Origin: Salinivirgaceae bacterium
GTDB lineage: Bacteria > Bacteroidota > Bacteroidia > Bacteroidales > SZUA-534
DNA: 64,000 nucleotides
Direction: 5' to 3'
NCBI GenBank assembly: GCA_024405635.1
Contig: JAKSOL010000006.1
Coordinates: 1-64,000, forward strand
Shown here: in pieces, positions 58,376 to 64,000 of the stretch
How the letters are laid out: the number at the start of each line of letters is the position of its first letter
How positions within the stretch are numbered: position 1 is the first letter of the stretch
Notes under the pieces: generated by a model
What the model saw: the letters and a program-made list of their open reading frames with translations, nothing else
What the model was told of the DNA's origin: nothing
Database searches by the model: none
Translations under genes and position numbers: made by a program

Positions 58376-58963
58376 TTAAGATTTACGTAGTTTGTTAACA
58401 GCGGCTATTAGGAACCCAAGCACAATAAATGCTCCAGGTGCCAACACAAATACTAGCATTCCATACGATTCAGGATAGATAGACAATCCGAACATGTGAC
58501 CAGTGCCAAGCAATTCGCGCACACAACCAATCATTGTTAGCGCAATGGTAAAACCAAGTCCCATGCCCAATCCGTCAAACAACGATGGAACAATGCCGTT
58601 TTTAGCAGCAAATGCCTCGGCACGACCAAGCACAATGCAGTTAACCACAATAAGTGGAATAAACAATCCTAAACTAGCGTATAGAGCAGGAATATATGCT
58701 TGCATTACCATTTCAACCATTGTTACAAACGATGCTATAATAACAATGTAAGCAGGAATGTGAACCTTGTCTGGAATAAGGTTACGCAATAACGATATAA
58801 CTACGTTTGAGCATATAAGCACAAATGTTGTGGCTAAGCCCATACTCATACCATTTATAGCCGACGATGTTGTTCCCAAAGTAGGGCACATGCCCAAAAG
58901 CAGGGCAAATGTCGGATTCTCTTTTATAATTCCGTTCAGCAGAACTTTCACGTTGTTATTCAT
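58376..58963 (-). CDS. rnfE: Rnf complex subunit E
   Basis: LGMCPTL, IPLIVVNCIVLGRAE. Confidence 0.95.
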   Translation of the reverse strand: MNNNVKVLLNGIIKENPTFALLLGMCPTLGTTSSAINGMSMGLATTFVLICSNVVISLLRNLIPDKVHIPAYIVIIASFVTMVEMVMQAYIPALYASLGLFIPLIVVNCIVLGRAEAFAAKNGIVPSLFDGLGMGLGFTIALTMIGCVRELLGTGHMFGLSIYPESYGMLVFVLAPGAFIVLGFLIAAVNKLRKS

Positions 58964-58965
58964 TG

Positions 58966-59640
58966 CTATAGCCCTCCATTTGTTGTGGCGCCAGAGTTGG
59001 CGTCGGTGTTAGTAGGTTGTGGTTTGTCGTTTGCTGCAGCGTATGCGGCGTATGCAACACGAACCGATTCCAAAAATGCTCGTGAACTTATGGTTGATGC
59101 TGTTATGGCATCAATGTCGCCACCATCTTTGCTTACGGTCATGTTTACTTCGGCTGGGTTTTTACCAATAATTGAACTATTCTTTTCAATTGTTTTTACC
59201 TCATAGCCAAAGATGGTTTCAAGTAAACTTTTTGTTTTTTCGCCTTGTGGTTTGAACCATGTAACCATTTGAGTTCCAAGTCCTGGTGTTTCTTTTTGTT
59301 CCAAAACTGAATAACCTGTAATAATGCCTTGTGCATCAAAACCCACCATAACTTTTATTTCGCCACCAAAACCATTTGCCGATTTTGACTCAACAGCTGC
59401 ACCAACAAATTCGCCGCCTTTGTAGGCTTTGTTTATGTTTAAACCATTTGCTTCTTCAGCTTTAATTTCGTCAAAATCAGAAATAACTGCCTTTATAGCC
59501 TCTTGTTGTTTAGCTGCTTTCGATTGCTCAATTGGTCCGCTAGTTATGTTGTTCAGAATTGCCAATAGCCCAGCAGCCACCACCGCTATCACCGATAGCG
59601 ACACTACCATGTTTTTAAATGATGATTCTAACTTAGCCAT
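58966..59640 (-). CDS. rnfG: Rnf complex subunit G
   Basis: ETPGLG, DAITASTISS FMN-binding motif. Confidence 0.93.
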   Translation of the reverse strand: MAKLESSFKNMVVSLSVIAVVAAGLLAILNNITSGPIEQSKAAKQQEAIKAVISDFDEIKAEEANGLNINKAYKGGEFVGAAVESKSANGFGGEIKVMVGFDAQGIITGYSVLEQKETPGLGTQMVTWFKPQGEKTKSLLETIFGYEVKTIEKNSSIIGKNPAEVNMTVSKDGGDIDAITASTISSRAFLESVRVAYAAYAAANDKPQPTNTDANSGATTNGGL

Positions 59641-60599
59641 TATTTTACCTCCCCGAATCTTTTTGGTTTAATATATGTATTGATGAGTGGTGTTACGGCA
59701 TTCATAATCAAAATGGCAAAACTCATACCCTCTGGATATGCTCCAAAGTTGCGGATTACAACTGTAATTACTGCAATGCCTATTGCATAAACCACACAAC
59801 CCATTTTGCTCATTGGCGATGTAACATAGTCAGTTGCCATAAAAATAGCACCAAGCATTAAACCTCCTGAAAGCAAGTGAGTTACAGGGCTTGCAAAGTC
59901 GGCTGGCGATGCAGCAAACAAAATGCCTTGAAAAACAAACACTGTAGCAAAAATAGTTACAGGTATGTGCCATGTAATAACCTTACGATAAAGCAAGAAT
60001 GCAAAGCCCAACAACAATGCAACTGCTGATACTTCGCCAAGCGAACCTCCCATATTACCAAGCAATAGGTCAATGTCGGTTGGAACTGTGCCAAAGTGAT
60101 TTTTAATCATTGCTAGGGTAGTGGCTCCAGTTTCGCCATCGATGTATTTGGTTGCAAATCCCATTGGTTTTGGCCATGTGGTCATTTGTACTGGGAACGA
60201 CAACAACAAGAACACACGTCCAACCAATGCAGGGTTGAATGGGTTTTGTCCCAATCCGCCAAACGACATTTTACCAATAACAATTGCCACAAACGCACCA
60301 ACAATAACAATGCCTATTGGCAAGTTTGCTGGTAGGTTAAATGCAAGCAACAAACCTGTTAAAATGGCCGAGCAATCAGCAATAGTTGATTTCTTTTTAA
60401 GGAAGAAACGTGTAATCAGGTACTCAAATGCCAAGCAACTGATAACCGATGTGAGAGTTACGATAATTGCGCCCAAACCAAAGTGGATTACAGAAACCAC
60501 CAAAGCGGGGATCAATGCTATGATTACCGATAGCATCAATTCTTGAGTTGTCACCTCACTGCGTACGTGTGGCGACGGAGATACTACTAAACTGTTCAT
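59640..60599 (-). CDS. rnfD: Rnf complex subunit D
   Basis: SPH, FGGLGQNPFNPA, TGAT, FMATDYVTSP. Confidence 0.95.
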   Translation of the reverse strand: MNSLVVSPSPHVRSEVTTQELMLSVIIALIPALVVSVIHFGLGAIIVTLTSVISCLAFEYLITRFFLKKKSTIADCSAILTGLLLAFNLPANLPIGIVIVGAFVAIVIGKMSFGGLGQNPFNPALVGRVFLLLSFPVQMTTWPKPMGFATKYIDGETGATTLAMIKNHFGTVPTDIDLLLGNMGGSLGEVSAVALLLGFAFLLYRKVITWHIPVTIFATVFVFQGILFAASPADFASPVTHLLSGGLMLGAIFMATDYVTSPMSKMGCVVYAIGIAVITVVIRNFGAYPEGMSFAILIMNAVTPLINTYIKPKRFGEVK

Positions 60600-61927
60600 T
60601 GTTTTCTTGATCTGATTATTTTACCAACAGTGTTTTTTCCAAGTCTAATATAGTCGAGCAATGGCCTATTTGCGGGGCATGTAAACAAGCACGAACCGCA
60701 TTCAATGCAGTCCATTACGTGGTTTTGTTCTTCCTCGTCCCACATTTGCTTTTGGCTATATAGCGATAGCAAATAAGGTTCAAGTCCCATTGGACAAGCC
60801 TCAATGCACTTGCCGCAACGTACGCATGCCGATGCTTCTGGTCTAACCGACTCTTCTTTGCTCATAAGCAATAGTCCCGATGTACCTTTAGTTATAGTAG
60901 AATCGAGATTGCTCATTGCTTTACCCATCATAGGGCCTCCACTTATCACTTTACCAGTTAATTCTAAATTGCCACCAGCAGCAGCAATTAGTTCGCTAAC
61001 AGGAGTTCCGATGCGTGCCAAGAAGTTTGTGGGGTTGGCTACTGTTTTACCTGTAACGGTTACAACACGCTCTATAAGTGGTTTGTTTTTTTGTACGGCT
61101 TCGTAAACTGCAAATGCAGTACCAACGTTTTGCACCACTGCATTCACATCAATTGGCAAACGTCCCGATGGAACTTCGCGGCCTGTAACAGCGTTAATAA
61201 GTTGTTTTTCGCCGCCTTGTGGATATTTAAGTTTTAGTGGTACAATTTCAATTTCTGGAGAGTTGGCTGTTGCTTTTTGTAGCTTTTCAATTGCATCTGG
61301 CTTGTTGTTTTCAACACCAATAAATGCTTTGTTTACGTTGATGGCTTTCATTAAAATGCGAACACCAACTAGCAACTCTTCGGTTTTTTCAAGCATTAAA
61401 CGATGGTCGGCAGTCAAATATGGCTCGCACTCCACGCCATTAATTATCAAGAATTCTGCTTTTTTACCCTCAGGTATTGCTAATTTAACGTGAGCAGGAA
61501 AAGTTGCACCGCCCATACCAACAATACCAGCATCTTTAATTTTGCCAATAATTGTAGCAGCGTCGTCTTTAATTTCGGTTACAAGTGTGGCAGAACGGTC
61601 AATTGTTTCAATCCACTCGTCGCCTTCAACGGTGATGTGAACGGCTGGTTTTTTAAATCCTGCAACGTCAATAGTATCTTCAACTTTTAATACTGTACCC
61701 GAAACAGGAGAGTGAATGTTGGCCGATACAAAGCCTGTTGCTGTACCAATCAGTTGACCAACTTTTACCACATCGCCTTTAGCTACTGCGGCTGTTGCAG
61801 GGGCGCCAATGTGTTGTCCAAGTGGCACAATGGCAACTTTGGGCAAGTTGGCTGTTTGTATTGGATTTTGTGCAGAGAGTTTGTTTGCCTCTGGATGCAC
61901 ACCTCCTTTGTTAAATGTTTTTAGCAT
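60596..61927 (-). CDS. rnfC: Rnf complex subunit C
   Basis: GIVGMGGATFP, ECEPYLTAD, two 4Fe-4S motifs. Confidence 0.96.
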   Translation of the reverse strand: MLKTFNKGGVHPEANKLSAQNPIQTANLPKVAIVPLGQHIGAPATAAVAKGDVVKVGQLIGTATGFVSANIHSPVSGTVLKVEDTIDVAGFKKPAVHITVEGDEWIETIDRSATLVTEIKDDAATIIGKIKDAGIVGMGGATFPAHVKLAIPEGKKAEFLIINGVECEPYLTADHRLMLEKTEELLVGVRILMKAINVNKAFIGVENNKPDAIEKLQKATANSPEIEIVPLKLKYPQGGEKQLINAVTGREVPSGRLPIDVNAVVQNVGTAFAVYEAVQKNKPLIERVVTVTGKTVANPTNFLARIGTPVSELIAAAGGNLELTGKVISGGPMMGKAMSNLDSTITKGTSGLLLMSKEESVRPEASACVRCGKCIEACPMGLEPYLLSLYSQKQMWDEEEQNHVMDCIECGSCLFTCPANRPLLDYIRLGKNTVGKIIRSRKQ

Positions 61928-61938
61928 AGGTAATGTAT

Positions 61939-62865
61939 TTATGCGTTTGTGTTATCTGTTTTTGATTGCTCCGAAACCTCTACTTTTGGAGCCTCAGCGG
62001 TTGCTATTTTAGGTTCAGCAGGGGTTGCAGCTGGCTTTGGAGGCAATGGAGGGAAGTTTGGCGTGTGAATTGCGCCAGTTGGGCACTCTGCAGCGCACTT
62101 GCGGCATAAACGGCATTTGTTGTAGTCGATGTATGCAACATTGTTTTCAATAGTAATTGCCTCAAATGCACAAACTTTAGCACATTTACCGCAACCAATG
62201 CAGGCCGCTGTACAAGCTTTGCGAGCCACAGCTCCTTTGTCTTTGTTTACACACGATACAAATATGCGGCGGTCTTTAGGTCCTTTGTTGCGAATTTCAA
62301 TAACGCCTTTTGGACAAGAGCGTGCACAAGCGCCACATCCACCACATTTGTCTTGATCAACTTCAGGTAGTCCTGTTTCGTTGTTGATGCTTATTGCTCC
62401 CCAATTGCATGCAGCAACGCAATCGCCACAACCAAGACAACCATACGAACATCCTGTTTCGCCAGCAAATAAAGTTGCTGCAAAAGCACACGATTGAGCA
62501 CCATCGTACTTGCTTGTTTTTGGTCGGTTTTGGCATGTACCATTGCAACGTACAACAGCAATTTTTGGCGCTGCTGCCTTTATTTCTTGACCAAGCACTA
62601 CACCAATTTGTTGCATTACTTCGTTGCTTGATACAGGACATCTTAAACCTTCGATGTTAGGAGCAGTAACCAATGCTGTGGCTAATCCTCTACAACCGGG
62701 AAATCCACAACCTCCACAATTTGCTCCGGGAAGCATCTCTACAATTTGGTCGATGCGGGGGTCTTCTTCAACCTTAAATTTTTGAGCTACTATGTATAGC
62801 ACCACTGCTAATACCAAACCCAAAACGCCAAGTGCAATAACACTGTACAAAACAATTTCGTTCAT
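61939..62865 (-). CDS. rnfB: Rnf complex subunit B
   Basis: LPGANCGGCGFPGC and polyferredoxin motifs. Confidence 0.95.
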   Translation of the reverse strand: MNEIVLYSVIALGVLGLVLAVVLYIVAQKFKVEEDPRIDQIVEMLPGANCGGCGFPGCRGLATALVTAPNIEGLRCPVSSNEVMQQIGVVLGQEIKAAAPKIAVVRCNGTCQNRPKTSKYDGAQSCAFAATLFAGETGCSYGCLGCGDCVAACNWGAISINNETGLPEVDQDKCGGCGACARSCPKGVIEIRNKGPKDRRIFVSCVNKDKGAVARKACTAACIGCGKCAKVCAFEAITIENNVAYIDYNKCRLCRKCAAECPTGAIHTPNFPPLPPKPAATPAEPKIATAEAPKVEVSEQSKTDNTNA

Positions 62866-62869
62866 TTTG

Positions 62870-63283
62870 CTATTCTTTAATTATAAAAACGAATTTATTA
62901 TTCAGTTTGTGGCGGAACATATACAGAACCGCATAATAGGGTATTAGTATCAAAATTGATACCAATCCGCTTTGCAACTCGCTAAAACAGCATTGCAAGC
63001 ATACAATTAACGTAATTACAACTAAAACAAACGGCACTATATAAGCCAATGCTATTGCGCTGTTTGCCATTGCTTTGCTGCCCGATACTAACACTCGTTG
63101 ACCAACAGTGTATGTGCGTCCATTGGTTTGCGCAACAACTTGTTTTTCTGCTTTTTCCGACGATAGGCACATGTCTTTTGAATGGCATGCAGAACAAGCA
63201 CTACTGCACTCAATTTGTACAGTTACGGTGTTACCGTTACTTGAAATAATTGTGCCGCTTTTTGAGAAATCGGTTGTGCCCAT
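62870..63283 (-). CDS. RseC/MucC family protein
   Basis: SACSACHSKDMC, two C-terminal TMs, directly upstream of rnfB. Confidence 0.88.
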   Translation of the reverse strand: MGTTDFSKSGTIISSNGNTVTVQIECSSACSACHSKDMCLSSEKAEKQVVAQTNGRTYTVGQRVLVSGSKAMANSAIALAYIVPFVLVVITLIVCLQCCFSELQSGLVSILILIPYYAVLYMFRHKLNNKFVFIIKE

Positions 63284-63465
63284 TAATTGTAATTATTCGT
63301 TGGCGAAAGTAAGAAAAATAGGTAATTGGAAATAAGTATTGTGCTTGTAGTTATGAGCAATAAATAACAATTGATGATTACTGAGCGAAAAGTGTTGCTT
63401 TAAATGAATATTGTTTTGACCCCAAACACAATATATGATTAAAGGTGGAATAGGGAATGAGCAAT

Positions 63466-63501
63466 AAAAAAATCCAGCTGAATATTATTTCAACTGGATT
63501 T
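63466..63501 (-). terminator. Terminator after the tRNA pair
   Basis: aaatccagctgaa...ttcaactggattt with U-tract on the minus strand. Confidence 0.7.
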
Positions 63502-63505
63502 GCTT

Positions 63506-63592
63506 TGGTGCCCAGAACAAGACTCGAACTTGCACGAACTAATGTTCACCACCCCCTCAAAGTGGCGCGTCTACCAATTTCGCCATCTGGGC
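63506..63592 (-). tRNA. tRNA-Leu (anticodon GAG)
   Basis: GCCCAGA acceptor stem, CCACT-TTGAGGG-GGTGG anticodon arm, long variable arm, GTTCGA, encoded CCA. Confidence 0.95.
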
Positions 63593-63600
63593 TTATGATG

Positions 63601-63684
63601 TGCCTAAAACAGGACTCGAACCTGCACGTTCTTGCAAACGCTAGTCCCTGAAACTAGTGCGTCTACCTATTCCGCCATTTAGGC
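63601..63684 (-). tRNA. tRNA-Leu (anticodon CAG)
   Basis: GCCTAAA acceptor stem, CTAGT-TTCAGGG-ACTAG anticodon arm, long variable arm, GTTCGA. Confidence 0.95.
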
Positions 63685-64000
63685 AACGGGTGCGCAAAAG
63701 TAAATAATTATTGAAACAAACAAGCACATTATTAATGTGTGGTACTTTTTATTTGTCTCGTTAACATTATTAATCTATCCGTATTAGTGTAAATCGTAAG
63801 GTATAACGCCATCAAGAGCGTCGCATGCCAATGCAAGTGTTTTCAATCCAAAAATTATGACTGCGAGCAAAAGACTCAATTATTTTTTCTGTGAGTACAT
63901 TGGATGAGTTTGCAGCAATTCTTCGTTCCTCTTCATCTGTTCTAAATCATCTTTCCGCGATATAGGTTGCTGCCGTAATTTTTCTATTGCAGCCAAACAA

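Noticed and set aside
63457-63651. 64-aa ORF
   Set aside because: It is the antisense reading of the two tRNA-Leu genes.
63780-64000. Short minus-strand frames at the window end (for example ...IESFARSHNFWIEN)
   Set aside because: Truncated by the window edge and too short to assign.
1-64000. CRISPR array, retron/DGR reverse transcriptase, integrase or transposase
   Set aside because: No regularly spaced repeat-spacer array and no RT, integrase or DDE motifs were seen in any ORF.

Overview
Chromosomal window from a Bacteroidales bacterium, judged from TAnnTTTG -7 promoter boxes, lipoprotein signals and gene content. A housekeeping backbone (mnmE, kdsA, GH97, GH43-esterase, an asnB/wza/wzc polysaccharide block, rlmB, panB, obgE, adk, hpt, valS, rseC-rnfBCDGEA, two tRNA-Leu) is interrupted by two accessory regions. 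(1) 1-~9190 is a mosaic island abutting the 3' end of mnmE. It holds an arsR/ArsF/ArsG/permease cluster, a secreted redox-hydrolase cluster whose genes carry in-frame palindromic repeat insertions, and phage head-protein/nuclease debris. (2) ~42000-52400 lies between obgE and adk and is the best candidate for an undescribed system. It is a five-gene operon (SF2 helicase-HNH, 172-aa unknown, M48 peptidase-TerB, Z1-family ATPase with an ASCH-like tail, acidic ASCH-like protein) preceded by a ~190-nt pseudoknot-capable leader, a 27-bp direct repeat around a DUF1016 remnant, and a DUF4160/DUF2442 pair. All family assignments come from motif recognition by eye; no searches were run.
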